Part shown: positions 32,535 to 46,457 of the stretch, piece by piece
How the letters are laid out: every line of letters starts with the position of its first letter
Position numbering within the stretch: the stretch's first letter is position 1
Assembly: GCF_009914755.1 (NCBI RefSeq)
Contig: NC_060942.1
DNA from: the human T2T-CHM13v2.0 reference genome, Homo sapiens
Length of the DNA stretch: 64,000 bases
Strand: one strand, 5' to 3'
Translations under genes and position numbers: made by a program
Notes under the pieces: model-generated
Databases searched by the model: none
Told to the model about the DNA's origin: nothing
The model's input: only the letters and a program-made list of their open reading frames with translations

Positions 32535-35242
32535 CAAGCATACCTCAGAGATATTGCAGGTTCAGTTCCAAAACCACTGCCATAAAGTGAATGTTGCAAT
32601 CAAGCAAGTCACGCAATTATTTTTTGGTTTCCTAGTCCATACAAAATTTATGTTTACACTATAGTCCAGTAAGTGTGCAATAGCATTAGGCCTAAAAAAC
32701 AGTGTACATACCTTAATTAAAATACTTCATTGCTAAAAATTGCTACCAATCATCTGAGCCTTCAGTGAGTCATAATCATTTTGCTACTGGAGTGTCTTGA
32801 TTTGATGTTGGTGGCTGCTGACTAATCAGGGGTGGTAGTTGCTGAAGGTTAAGGTGGCTGTGGCAATTTCTCAAAAAAAGATAACAATGAAGTTTTCCAC
32901 ATCAATTGACTCTTCCTCTCACGAAAGATTTCTCTGTCGCATGTGAGGCTGTTTATAGCACTTTACCCACTTCTTTCGAAATTGAAGTCATCCCTCTAAA
33001 ACCTTGCCAACTGCTTTGTCCACTCTGTTTAAGTAATATTCTAAATCCTTTGTTGTCTTTTCAATAATGTTCGTAGCCATCTTCACAGAAGTAGATTCCA
33101 TCTCAAGAAACCACTTTCTTTGCTCATCCATAAGAAGCAACTCTTCATCTGCTCAAGTTTTATCATGAGATTACAGCAATTCGGTCACATCTTTAGGCAT
33201 CCCTTCTAATTCTAGTTTTCTACTTCCATCACATCAGCAGTTATTTCCTCCTTTTACATCTTGAACTCCTCAAAGTCACCTATGAGGGTTGGAATCAGCT
33301 TCTTCCAAACCCGTGTTAATGTTGATATTTTCACCTCGTCCCGTGATTTATGAATGTTGTTAATGGCATCTGGAATTGTGAATCCTTTCCAGAAGGTGTT
33401 CAATTTACTTTGCCCAGATCCATCAGAGGAATAACTAGCCATGGCACCTATCGCATTATGAAATGTATTTCTTAAATAATAAGACTTGAAAGTTGAAATG
33501 ACTTCTTGATCCATGGTGGGCAGAATGGGTGTTGTGTTAGCAGGTGTGAAAACAGCATTAATCTCCTCGTACATCTCCATCAGAGCTCTTAGGTGTCTAG
33601 GTACATAATCAACTAGCAGCAATATTTTGAAAATAATCTTTTTTTTCCTGAGCAGTAGATATAAACAGTGGGCTTAAAATATCTAGTAAACCATTATTTA
33701 AACAGGTGTGCTGTTATCCAGGCTTTGTTATTCCATTTATAGAAAACAAGCAGAGTAGATTAAGCTTCATTCTTAAGGGCCCTAGGACTTGGGGAATGAA
33801 AAAATGAACTTTGGCTTCAACTTAAAGTCATTAGCTGCATTAGTTACTAACTAGAGAGTCAGCCTGTCTTTGACGTTTTGAAACCAGGCATTGACTTCTC
33901 CGCCCAAGCTATGAGAGTCCTAGATGGCATTTTCTTCCAACAGAAGGCTGTTTTGTTAACATTGAAAATCTATTGTTTAGTGTGGCCACCTTCTTCAATT
34001 TTCTTTGCTAGATCTTCTAGATAATTTGCTGCAGCTTCTATAATCAGCACCTGCTGCTTCACTTTGCACTTCTATGTTACAGAGATGGCTTCTTTCTTTA
34101 AACTCATGAATCAATCTCTGTTAGGTTCAAATGTTTTTTTTTCCTGCAATTTCCTCTTCTCTCTCAGTTTTCATAGAACTGAATAGAGTTAGGACCTGTC
34201 TTGCTCTGAATTAGACTTTGGCTTAATTAGACCAGCTGTCGTGGCCAGTTTGATCTTCTATCCAGACCACTAAAACTTTCTCCACATCAGCAATGAGACT
34301 GTTTTGCCTTCAAATCATTTGCATGCTCACTGGAGTAGCACTTTCAATTTCCTGCAAGAACTTGTCCTTTGCATTCGCAACTTGGCTATTTGGTGCAAGA
34401 ATCTGAACTTCTGGCCTATCTCAGCTTTCAGGAGACCTTCCTCACTAAGTTTAACCATTTCTAGCTTTTTATTTATTTATATTTAATTTTTTGAGAGACA
34501 AAAATCTCACTCTGTTACCCAGTCTGGAGTGCAGTGGTACAACCATTGCTCACTATAGCCTTGAACTCTTGTGCTCAAGCTATATGCTCATCTCAGCCTT
34601 GTAAGTAGCTGGGAATACAGGTGGGCACAACTATGCCCAGCTGATTTTTTTTTTTTTTTTTTTTTTAGTTGTGTAAAGATGAGGGCCTATCCCTACTGCC
34701 CAGGCTGGACTTGAACGCCTGGCCTCAAGCAATCTTCTCACCTTGGCCTCCCAAGGTGTAGCTTTTGATTTAAAATGAAACACGCACGACTTTTTCACTT
34801 GAACACCTAGAGGCAATTGTAGGGTTATTTATTGGTCTAATCTCAATTCTGTTGTGTTTCAAAAAATAGGGAGTTCTGAAGAGAGGGAAAGAGGCAAGAA
34901 AACAACAGGTCAGTGAAGTAGTCAGGGCACACACAGCATTTGTCGAGTCGATTAAGTTAGCTGTCTTATATAGGTATGGTTCATGATGTCCCCGAACAAT
35001 TAAAATAGTAACATCAAAGATCACTGATTACAGATCACCGTAACAGATATAATTATAATGAAAATGTTTGAAATAGTGCAAGAATTACAATGTGACACAG
35101 AGACACAAAGTGATCCCATGCTATTGGAAAAATGGTGCCAGTAGACTTGCTTGACACATGGTTACCACAACCTTCAATTTTGGAAAAAACTATTTTCTGT
35201 GAAGCATAATAAAGTAAAACACAGTAAAACGAGACATGCCTA
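32535..35242 (-). mobile_element. Full-length Tigger1 DNA transposon (Tc1/mariner-pogo), degraded transposase, interrupted by AluJ
   Basis: TA-flanked TIRs (CAAGCATACCTC... / ...GAGACATGCCTA); ~2.41 kb once the Alu and its TSD are removed; DDE-domain remnant at 33254-33622 (ALMEMYEEINAVFTPANTTPILPTMDQEVISTFKSYYLRNTF). Confidence 0.95.
34476..34758 (-). mobile_element. 5'-truncated AluJ inside Tigger1
   Basis: Diverged Alu with J-type features ('gctcactatagccttgaactcttgtgctcaag', 'ggcctcaagcaatc'); TSD TAGCTTTT(T/G)ATTTA at 34462-34475 and 34759-34772. Confidence 0.9.
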
Positions 35243-35289
35243 TAAAGTGTGTGCAAATGTTTAGTGAAAAAAACTATGAAATATGCTAA

Positions 35290-36690
35290 AATCTTAACAA
35301 AGTCTGTTCAGTTTTAATGGGCTTGCTTTTTTTCTTTGTTTATTGCCTTAAGCCATGATATGTAATTCTGTGTAATCTGCACAGATTTTGTGTTTTAGCA
35401 AGATAATTTTCTGGGCTTTATGCTTATTTTATTATGTCCTTGATTATTTAAGAAAACAAAAACTCTTCACTTACGAAAGAACCACGGTTCTTTATAATCA
35501 TGTTACTTTCTATGTTTATTTTTAAATATTTTATTGTCACTTTTAAATAGGTAGACCAGTATTATTTCTACCTTGAGAGGTCAAATCTCCTGACAACTGC
35601 TTTTTTTCCTTCTTCCTGGAAATGAATTTTGAATGTAAAATAAAATAAAATTAAGATAAACTCACATATTTTTTGCACCTAACGTATCTTTGAGATTTTT
35701 TTCAAAAGTCTCCTTTAAAAATCACAAAGATTTGTTCTACCTTATAATAAACAGGGACCAGAAATAAGTAAGTTTATTTGACAAGTTAATATTGATTAAT
35801 TTTATAGAAAGAGTTTTTCAAATCTGAAGAGGTGCTGTTTCCCCACATTAAATTTCCAGGGATATACCGTTATTTAAATAAGAAAAATTATATTATCCAT
35901 AGACTGTTTCTGGAGATGGGTCAGTGCCTGAGTTCTCCCAAATATGTTTCTATTTATCAGAGTTCTGGTGTTGCTTTGCCTTATAATATTAGGCAACAAT
36001 GGCGTCTTATTCTTTGTTTCCATGCATGATTCTTACAGACTTCAAACTCTATTATTGAGTATTCTTGTTTTCATGGCAGTTTAGTTATTTGCCTAGGTTC
36101 ATTAAGAATTTGCCATCTTTTTCCAAGACATAATTGAAAACATTGGCTGATAGCCAAGTTTATCTGGAATGTCATGTTTGAGAATGATGATTATTTAATC
36201 ATGTATTACCAGCCACTGTTGAGTAACCACATTTGACTTTATGGAATCAATGCTTAGGAAGCACTCTTGGTAAAACTGGCCTTATAACTGGCTTTTAGGA
36301 TTCTCAGCCTTAAAAGTGGGTAGGAGAAATCATTTTCAGACGGGCCCAAGAACCTCAGAATATTTCAGAGACCTTAAAAAGAAAAGAAATCACTCAATGT
36401 GTAGGTATTATAGGTGAAATCTGGTAGAGAGAGTTTCTTGACTTGGCTTCCTAGTGTAAAGAGGCTATGAAAAATCCAATCTGATTCCTAATGAAAATTT
36501 TCAGCAAAGTAAACATGAAAAGACCTATGTAGTAAATTAACACTGTTGCTGTTTCTATGTCAATGATAAAGCTAAGACTAATGAGACCAGACTTACGTTG
36601 TGATTAAGAAAAATATTTGAGATTATTTTTGATCAAAAGAGAAGAGACTGTGGGAAAAAAAGCACTTCAATGGAAAACTAAGCATTGTCT
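35290..36690. mobile_element. ERV1 (MER4-group) internal-sequence remnant, tentative
   Basis: Motifs such as 'ttttgatcaaaagagaag', 'tttttcagcaaagtaaac', 'tatctggaatgtcatgtttgagaatg' resemble MER4-group internal regions. Confidence 0.45.
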
Positions 36691-36744
36691 TTAAAACAAC
36701 CTTATGAACTGTCTGATTCGAATGCTATTCATTATATTCAATTA

Positions 36745-37109
36745 TATGCATTCCTCGAAGACATTGTGGGTTTGTTTCTAGACCATTGCAATAAAATCAA
36801 TATGCAAAAAAGTGAGTCACATAATTTTTTTTTGTTTCCCAGTGCCTATAAACATTATATTTACACAATACTGTAGTCTATTAAGTGTGTATTATGTCTA
36901 AAACAATAATGTATATAGCTTAATTAAAATTAATTTATTGTTAAGAAGTGCTGACATAGAGACACAAAGTAGGCAGTAAGCACGCGGTGTTGGAAAAATT
37001 ATGCTGGTAGACTTGTTGGATGCAGGGGTGCCCAAAACCTTCAATTTGTAAAAAACACAATATCTGTGAAGTGCAATAAAGTAAAGCACAATAAAATGAG
37101 GTATGCCTG
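36745..37109 (-). mobile_element. Internally deleted Tigger1 derivative (365-bp MITE, MER37-type)
   Basis: Its left part aligns to 32535-32745 and its right part to ~35095-35242; ends '...aaaatgaggtatgcctg'. Confidence 0.88.
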
Positions 37110-37250
37110 CATTTCACACCTATTTATTAATTGTAAGGAACACATAGATAGGCAAACTCTATCTTTTTCAAAGAGTGTCCATTGATTTTCTCTGCTTCTG
37201 TATTTAAAAAAAAACAGTTTTGTACTCATTTGTAATTCTTTTCCTTTGGG

Positions 37251-37251
37251 T

Positions 37252-37291
<40 letters not shown>

Positions 37292-37513
37292 ATATATAAT
37301 TACTTTTCCTGAACTGGTGATAACATCTTCCTTGTTCCCTCATATAAGAAAAGCCATAAAGTTTAATGTGTTTAGATTTTACATTTGTATGACGGTTCTG
37401 ACTTTATCTTCTTCTGAATATTATGTTTAACAGTACTATACAAACACTTCAAGATTGCTCATGGAAAAGTAAGCATCCCTAAAATATAGAGGGGGATACT
37501 GTCATTATTTCAA

Positions 37514-37550
<37 letters not shown>

Positions 37551-37587
37551 CACACACACATATGTGTATATATGTGTATGTGTGTGT
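37251..37587. repeat. Microsatellites: (TG)n at 37251-37286 and compound (CT)n(AT)n(CA)n/(TG) at 37514-37587
   Basis: Directly visible. Confidence 0.95.
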
Positions 37588-37803
37588 TTATAGTGTTACT
37601 ATTTAATACACATTAGGTTTTGGAAACAAGATTAAAGATCTATCTATTGATAGACAGATAGATAGATAGATAGCTCATCTGTCAGTTGTTGTCAAATACC
37701 ATGTGAAAGATGGATGGAAATAGTTTATAGTTTTGGTAGAGATAGATTATAATAGTCAGGGCAAGGAATAAACAACCTCAGAGAGTTAAGTAGATATAGA
37801 CGA

Positions 37804-40092
37804 TGATATGGTTTGGCTCTGTGTCCCCACCCAAATCTCATCTTGAATTGCACTCCCATAACTCCCACATGTTGTGGGAGGGAACTGGTGGGAGATAATT
37901 TGAATCATGGGGGTGGTTCCCCCATACACTTCTCATGGTAGTGAATAAGTCTCATGAGATCTGATGGTTTTATCAGGGATTTCCACTTTTGCATCTTTCT
38001 TATTTTTCTCTTGTTGCCACCATGTAAGAAGTGCATTTTACCTCCTGCCGTGATTCTGAGGCCTCCCCAGCCATATGGAACTGTAAGCCCAATTAAACCT
38101 CTTTTTCCTTCCAGTCTTGGGAATGTCTTTATCAGCAGCATGAAAACGGACTAATAGAGTAAATTGTTAGTAGTAGAGCGGAGCATTGCTGAAAAGACAC
38201 CCAAAATGTGGAAGCGACTTTGGAACTGGGTAACAGGCAGAGGTTGGAACAGTTTGGAGGGCTCAGTATAAGACAGGAAAATTTGGGAAAGTTTGGAATC
38301 TCCTAGAGACTTGTCGAATGGCTTTGGCCAAAATGCTCTTAGCAATATAGACAATAAGGTCCAGGCTGAGGTGGTCTCAGATAGAGATGAGGAATTTGTT
38401 GGGAACTGAAGCAAAGGTGATTCTTGTTATGTTTTGGCAAAGAGACTGACTGCATTTTTCCCCCACCTAGAGATCTGTGGAACTTTGAACTTAAGAAAGA
38501 GGATTTAGGGTATCTGGCGGAAGAAATTTCTAAACAGCAAAGCATTCAAGAAGTGACTTTGGTGTTGTTAAAAGTATTCAGTTTTATAAAGGAAGCAGAG
38601 CATAAAAGTTTGAAAAATCTGAAGCCTGACAATGTTATAGAAAAGAAAAATCTATTTTCTGAGAGAAATTCAAGCCTGCTGTAGAAATTTGCACAAGTAA
38701 CGAAGAACCAAACGTTCATCTCCAAGACAATGGGGAAAATGTCTCCAGGGCACGTCAGAGATCTTCATGGCAGCCTCTTGCATCACAGGCCTGGAGGCCT
38801 AAGAAAAAATGGTTACGCCGGCCGACCCAGGGTCCCCATGCTGTGTGAAGTCTAGGGACTTGGTGCCCTGCATCCCAGCCATTCCAGCCATGACTAAAAG
38901 AGGCCAAAATACAGCTCGGACTGTTGCTTCAGAGGGTGGAAGCCCCAAGCCTTGGCAGCTTTTCTATGTTGTTGAGCTTGTGAGTGCACAGAAGTCAAGA
39001 ATTGAGGTTTAGGAACCTCCACCCAGATTTCAGAAGATGTATGGAAATGCCTGGATACCCAGGCAAAAGTTTGCTTCAGGGGCGACGCCCTCATGGAGAA
39101 CCTCTGCTAGGGCAGTGCAGAAGGGAAATGTGGGGTCAGAGCCCCCACACAGAGTCCACACTGGGGCACTGTCTAGTGGAGCTGTGAGAAGAGGGCCACT
39201 GTCCTCCAGACTCCAGAATGGTGGATCCACTGACAGCTTGCACCATGCACCTGGGAAAGCCGCACACACTCAATGCCAGCCCGTCAAAACAGCCAGGAGC
39301 GGGGCTATACCCTGCAAAGCCTCAGGGGTGGAGCTGCCCAAGACCATGGGAATCCACCTCTTGCATCAGCGTGACCTGGATGTGAGACCTAAAGTCAAAG
39401 GAGAACATTTTGGAACTTTAAAATTTGACTGCTCTGCTGGATTTCGGACTTGCGTGGGCCCTATAGCCCCTTTGTTCTGGCCAATTTCTCCCCTTCTAAA
39501 TGGCTGTATTTATCAAATACCTGTACTCCTATTGTATCTAGGAAGTAACTAGCTTGCTTTTGATTTTTCAGGCTCATAGGCAGAAAGGGCTTGCCTTGTC
39601 TCAGATGAGACTTTAGAACGTGGACTTTTGGGTTAATGCCGAAATGAGATAAGACTTTGGGGAACTATTGGGAAGGCATGAATTGTTTTGAAATGTGAGG
39701 ACATGAGATTTGGAGGAGCCAGGGGTGGAATGATATGGTTTGGCTCTGTGTCCCCACCCAAATCTCATCTTGACTAGTACTCCCATAATTCCCATGTGTT
39801 GTGGGAGGGACCTACCTGGTGGGAGATAATTTGAGACGTGGGAGCAGTTTCCCCCACACTGTTCTCGTGGTAGTAAATAAGTCTCATGAGATCTGACGGT
39901 TTTATCAGGGATTTCTGCTTTTGCATCCTTCTCATTTTTCTCTTGCTGCCACCATATAAGAAGTGCCTTTTGCCTCCTTCCATGATTCTGAGGCCTCCAC
40001 AGCCATGTGGAACTGTAAGTCCAATTAAACCTTTTTTTTTCTTTCCAGTCTCATGTATGTCTTTATCAACAGTGTGAAAATTGACTAATACA
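37804..40092 (+). mobile_element. Complete THE1 (THE1A-like) MaLR retrotransposon: 5' LTR 37804-38158, internal region 38159-39730, 3' LTR 39731-40092
   Basis: Both LTRs run TGATATGGTTTGGCT...GACTAATA(C/G)A; PPT 'ggagccaggggtggaa'; 5-bp TSD GACGA/GATGA; internal ORF remnants (LWNFELKKEDLGYLAEEISKQQSIQEV; 171-aa ORF at 39037-39552). Confidence 0.97.
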
Positions 40093-41489
40093 GATGATAC
40101 AGACAGATATAGAGATACAGATATGGATGTAAATATATATGTGTGTGTGTGTGCATATATATAGTATAGAGCTTTTGTGAAGTAGTCTAGGATAGTTTGA
40201 TGGTCCCTGGGGCATTTGAATAGGTTTTAGTTAGAATAATCGAAACATTGACTAAATTTAGCCATTTATTTTTTAAACTATCATGTGGGTGGATCTGTAA
40301 ATCACATACAATGGAAGTAAAAGGATGATTCAGTGTGAAGGTGCCAAGTGGAATGCAGATCTATGTGCTGCATGGAACAGGAGCTGCCTAAGCTGCACCA
40401 AGCTCAGCCATGTGCCAGAATCAAGGCCTGAGCAGGCTCTCTGAGCTTTATTGTCAACTTTAAATGATAAGATAACAGCAGCTTCCTAGAAGATTGCTTT
40501 AAGAATTGCAGATTAATCATGTAAGTATCTCATACCTAATTAGAACTTATAAAGTAGTTGCAATTATTATTGTTGGAAACGACTCTCTCTATGCTTTAGT
40601 CATTTTTGAAGGTGTGTGCTTATGTCTGTACCTGTGTGTGTCTAGAAGGAGTCCTTTTCTACAAAATAGAGCATTTTATTCTTACTATCTTGTATAGTGA
40701 GGGTTATGTTATCCTCATTTCTATTGCTTCATTCCTCTTATCTATGCTTTTCAGCTTTTGACCATCATTGGGCCTCTCTGGCCACTTTAACAGAAGCCAC
40801 TTTTAAATTTTGGGGCCATCAGAGGAACTTCATGAACTTTCATTTGGACTGTGGACTTTCAAAAAAGTTGCTGTTGTGTTTTCTGTTCTTCTCAGAAAAA
40901 AACAAATGTTTTAAGAGCATAAGAAATGCTGACATATTGTAGTGTTTCTGTGGGTTCACTGGCAAAAATGTGAGTAAAAGAGATTATACTCATGCTGGTA
41001 TATTTATTAGGAAGAGAATATGTAGAAACCAAGAAGTACTTGTTTTAACATATACATTTGTGACAAGAGTTAAATTTGAGTTATTTTTGTCTTCTCTCCC
41101 AAATGGGGCACAACTAGAATGAGCTGGGGAAGACAGTTGTCACAAACGCACAGAATATAACTTTCAAGGGAGAAACTCAGATGTAGGTTTACTCAGTTCT
41201 GGCCTAATGTAGTCTGCATATCTGGCAGTTAGCCTGTCCCTGAGCTACATTTCCAAAACCTATTCCACTATGTAATCACCTGTAATTTATTTCCTGTCTT
41301 AAAGAAACCAGAAACCACTGCTAAGTATCAGTTGACTAATGCTGACTTAGCGTCTGATGTGTTCACTGTACTCTGCTGGGGCACTGGGAGCAAGACCCAG
41401 AACTATGAATATTTAAACTGATTTCAAGGGGTTTATAGCCAAGTTATGTAAAAGGACATACACCTTGGAATATTGTGAGGTATAAAATA

Positions 41490-41725
41490 AGGTTAGCTAA
41501 CATCATTGGATATTTAATGTTTACTCTGTGCCAAGTTCTACTTTATGGGAGATTCTCACCACAACTCTTTGGTAAGTCGTATTATCATCCTCATTTTACA
41601 GATGGAGAATCTGAGAAACAAGCAGTTACTGAAAAATGTCCTAGGTCACATAAGTAGTGAATAGGCTTTCTAGGGTGTAAGGGCAAGAGATTTGGTTGAA
41701 GAGCATATGCTCTAGCCACTTTACA
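41490..41725 (-). mobile_element. MIR
   Basis: 'tactctgtgccaag...attctcaccacaactc...attatcatcctcattttacagatggagaatctgag...ctaggtcaca'. Confidence 0.8.
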
Positions 41726-44525
41726 CCAGGAAGAGACAATGCCTGCTTTAGGAGCCCAGAGTATTAGGTCCCTGTGAACTGGGTCCTCCACAAATGGCTT
41801 TGAGAAGGAAAAATTTATACTGGACTTTTAAGGATGAATAAGGTATGTTGAGATTTGAACTGGCACAGTAGGAGGGAGACAAGACCACCAATCAATTTGA
41901 GGGATAAAATGAGAAGAATATCTGGGTTCATTGTTTTGAAATCTGTCCACCCATTCCGTTATCTCTATTTCATATCTCCATCTCACTTTGATTCTGACTC
42001 TTAAGTCTAGTCACAGCAGCAGAATGAAAGTCTGACTCATGAGAATGATCTGTACTGCTATATGCTAAGAATGTGAGGTGGGTAGGAGAGTGTGTGCCCT
42101 ATCTCTCATCATCCTGAGTGAAGAAACTGATTCCAGAGGAATTGGAATATGAAAAACTGAGACACTACAACTTTTACTTCTACCACACACAACTTCAATA
42201 ATGTATGACTTATTTAATAAAACTTTTAATTGCATATCTTCCAAATACAAAATGAGAAAATGTTCTTATACAAAAAGAGTATTTTCAGGTACTTTATCAA
42301 CTCTATAATGTGGGAGAGGAGTAGCGACTCCATTTAGAGTGGGTTTTTTACACTAAAAGTCATTCTCACCTATTTCAACATCTTTATTAAGAGTGTGGTC
42401 ATGTTACCAAGTAAAAATTATAGAGTCTTTCCCATGCCCAAGATATCTGGTATAAAAAAATCTGTATAAAATAATAATACAAGTTTTTAAACCAGGAGGA
42501 AACCGCAGAGATAATGTTACTTATTATATTAACCAGGAAAAAGACTTCCCCAAATCATAGCTTTCATTGGTGGCAGGGACGTAATTGGAACAATCGTTTC
42601 TAAAAATATATTTTTTACTATATAGAGAGCTCATATGACATCTAATCCTGCATTCCTGGCACAATGACCCTGATTTCCATTTTTAGCTGGTATTGTTATT
42701 GACAAGGTATAGTCTTCAGCTATCCTCTAAACTCCTATAAAGACTTTGTCCTTGTATTTTCAGGTCACACAGCATCTAGCTGAGTATCTGGAGCCCAGCG
42801 CATTTGTAAAACTGATTGGTGGTGGTGGGGAATACCAGATGTAGCCAAATTACATGTCTTTGAAGAAGATGTGAAAATCGCCAGATTATTAATCTTGAGG
42901 CATGCAATGAATACTTTAAACCTGGAGGTTAGGGTATGGAAGAGAGTGAATTTGAACATTTACTTTAAAATTTGTGTGAACAAAGGAGAGTGAGTTTGAA
43001 ACTTTAACCCTGACATCAAAATTAAATCTGTAGAAAATAAAACTTCCCATTAAACGAAACTCAAAATAGAAGTAAATAAATAAATACCAAGTTGGCATGA
43101 ATACCCTTGCTAACAGAAGCTGCTGAATTTCCCACACCTCTTACAGTGATTAATCCCTTCCTACAGGCCAAAACCTAATTATAAACCATTCTAATTAGTC
43201 AGGAAATAGGACTACTATTCCTTGTTGAGAAAAAAAAAATGTATAGGAGGAAACACTACTACTGCATGAGAACTCCAGAATGAGGCAGGGGAAATTTAGG
43301 TGTTAACGCAAATCCGAGGTCTCATGCCATGAAGCTTATTTCCTTGCATCAGTTAACTACTGCCTATATATTTTTATGAGGCCTCTTCAGTTTATTTTGC
43401 TGCCTTAACTCCACTTAGTACCAGTTTCATTGTAGCAAGCCTTTAAACTTAAAGTAAGTGTTATGTAAAATATTATTTAGATTTTACATAAAATGTATCT
43501 TCAGAACTTTCAAGTGCTCTAGGGCAAAAAGGAGAAAATCTTCTAAGAAAAAAATCTTAATATTCCAGATATAATGAGTTTGTTTTACATTATCTTTCTT
43601 ATTTTTCCCCCCTCTGGACTATTTTCACTTGGGTTCCTTTCATATCCCAGTTAGCAAAGGAATTGACCAGAACTAAGAACAGCCCTAGAGCAATAGCTAA
43701 AATTCTGCTGTGCTTGTCAGATACCGTCTGACCACCGATTACTGCCCGAGGGGAGTTTGTTTTCTTTATAAACTTTTTGGTGGGTTTTTATCGCCAGAAA
43801 AACAGCTTTTATTCCTCTCAGGAGAAACTTCAGGATTGTGTTGAGGAAAGTATGAGCTTTTGATATTTTATTATTATTTTAAATCATGAGTTTTGTGTGC
43901 TATGTTAAAGGGTGAAAGACAGGCCTTTTCATTAAATTGAAATAAGGAGAACATCATAATAATAGATGATACAAATGTGATCGACCTGCAAACTCGCCTC
44001 AGGCAAAGGTTTACATGAGTCATGATAGATACATGCAACAGGAATCTGTTGTTTCTCCTACATTTCACCTATGGAAAACATACCATTTCATCAATTCTTG
44101 GGATTAAGTAAGGTGTTATCAGTCAGTCTCAGAAGAAAACAGAATTCACCCCAGGTTCAGATGAAACTAATGAAGACATTTTTATAGAGGTGTGGATAGG
44201 TTTAGGGGGAAAAAAGAGTGAGGCGTTCAGATACTAGCAACAGTGAGAAGCCTCTACTATCCTCAGGGCCAAAGGATTTCAGGGAGGCAATAGTCCCAGT
44301 AGAGCCCATTGGCAACTGGAAATATGGAAGAAAGGGCTTGCTGTAGGAACACAGGGCAGGACAGACAAGTATAGAGAAGTGTGCAGTGGGTGGGAGGGCC
44401 AACGGAGAATAACCAACACTCGAGAAATTGATCTATGGATTTGCAGTAGTTCTGGAGAGATTTCTTTTGGTCTAGTTTATGCTTTAAAAAAAAAAACTAA
44501 AAAATATGCTCTCTGGCTTTGATGC

Positions 44526-44840
<315 letters not shown>

Positions 44841-45030
44841 TAGATTACTGCTTTTGCTTTAGAGGGTCGACTCAAATTCTGTGTTTAGAGGGTCAACTCC
44901 ATGTCTGTGGCTTCTCCCCCAAGGAGAATTATTTTCTCATCTAGAATATAAATTCCTTTAAGACTAGGAGGACTCAGTCATTGAGAACCCATTAAGTTGT
45001 GTATGAAGTAAAGTAACAAATACTCTGATT

Positions 45031-45428
45031 TGTAGTCTGGAATGCTGGTCATTATTTACACTAATAACCAATATTCATATTCTTCCTTCTAAGACATGGT
45101 AGGATTGCACTTCTCTCCTCTTTAGAAGTTAGGCAGGGATGTATTATTGCTCTGGCCAGTGAAATGTGATAGTAAATAATATCCGTCATGTGGAAGTAGA
45201 AGCCTTTATGGACCAGTGCCCCATTCCCATGTTCCCTTCCAGATTCTGAGCTATCCCAGATGGCAGAACTCAATTAGTGTGCCTTCTCTAATGAGTAGGG
45301 TATAGGACAAAGCCTCTCACTGATCCACGATGTACAACTTGGGTAGGTAAGGGGGAAATTGTTTTATTTAAAGCCTCTGCAGTTATGGATTATTTATTAT
45401 TGCAACTTATACAATTATGATTAATCCA
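45031..45428 (+). mobile_element. Old MLT1 (I/J-like) solo LTR
   Basis: 'ggattgcacttct...agttaggcaggg...tctggccagtgaaatgtg...aaattgttttattaaagcctctg...tgattaatcca'. Confidence 0.7.
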
Positions 45429-46019
45429 GAAGTTTATAGAAATGTCACTAACTAGTTTAATAAAACACTTTAAATCCCATTGGTTAAAAATAAAAATAAG
45501 ACCATATCAAACAAGGCTACCAAAAATAGGGAACGAAAGCAGCCTATAAGACATACTGTAGGGGCTTCTTTCTAAGGAGATTAGTAAAAACAAATATATC
45601 AGTATAAACACAGATACGGCTGCACCTTAGTGTATATGTATAGAAAGAGAGAGGTAGGGGCCATGAGGGAATTTACTTGCCTGCAGTAGAAGTTTTGAGA
45701 TAGAAAACTGTTCTGGAAGTATACACGCATAAGTAAAGCTGGCCTAGATTATCAAGTGAGCAGAGTTCATAAAACCCCAGTATCAAAGGATTGAGGAAGA
45801 TCTTGAAAGGTCACTTGGTTTATTCACCTCTTTTCAAGGAGGATCACACCAAAACCATCGTGAAAAAAAAAAAAAAAAAAAGAAGCTATTCTATTTTTAA
45901 GGCCATCTGTAGAAGAAGATTTTCCCTGGTCAGAACTGTTTTTCAGCTAGTATCAAACTTTCTATTTTGAGTGAAACGCCTCACTTACATTCAGAACACT
46001 AAATGCGTCACTCAACATC

Positions 46020-46457
46020 TGTATTCATTTCCTTGGGCTGCTGTAACAAATAATTACAAACTGTACAGAAATTTATTCTCTCACAGTTCTGGAGGCTAGA
46101 AGTCTAAAATCAAGATTTCAGTAGGGCCACGTTCCTTTTGAAAGCTCTAAGAGGCATCTTCCTCCCTCACCTCTTTGTAGTTTCTGATGGCTCCTGGCAA
46201 TTCTTGGCTTCCTTGGCTTGCAACCATAGCTCTCCAAGCTCTGACTCTCTTGTCACATGGTTCTTCCCTGTGTGTCTTTCAGTGTGTCCTCTTTGTTTAA
46301 GGTCATCAGCCATTGGATTTAGGGCCAAATCTAATCCAGTTTGAACTTATCCTAACTTAACTAGTTACAACTTCAAAGACCCAGTTTCCAAATAAGCTCA
46401 CATTCTGAGGTTTCTGGTAGACATAAAATTTTGGACAATACTGTTAAACCTACTACA
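46020..46457 (-). mobile_element. MLT1 (A-D-like) solo LTR
   Basis: 'tgtattcatttccttgggctgctgtaacaaa...atttattctctcacagttctggaggctagaagtc...ttccaaataagctcacattctgagg...aacctactaca'; TSD ACATC/GCATC. Confidence 0.88.

Noticed and set aside
33254-33622. Domesticated TIGD1-like transposase gene
   Set aside because: Only a 122-aa fragment is open; the rest is disrupted and an AluJ interrupts the element.
37893-37908. DUX4 site in the THE1 LTR
   Set aside because: The 5' LTR reads TAATTTGAATCA, one base longer than the TAAYBBAATCA motif, and the 3' LTR has lost AATCA.
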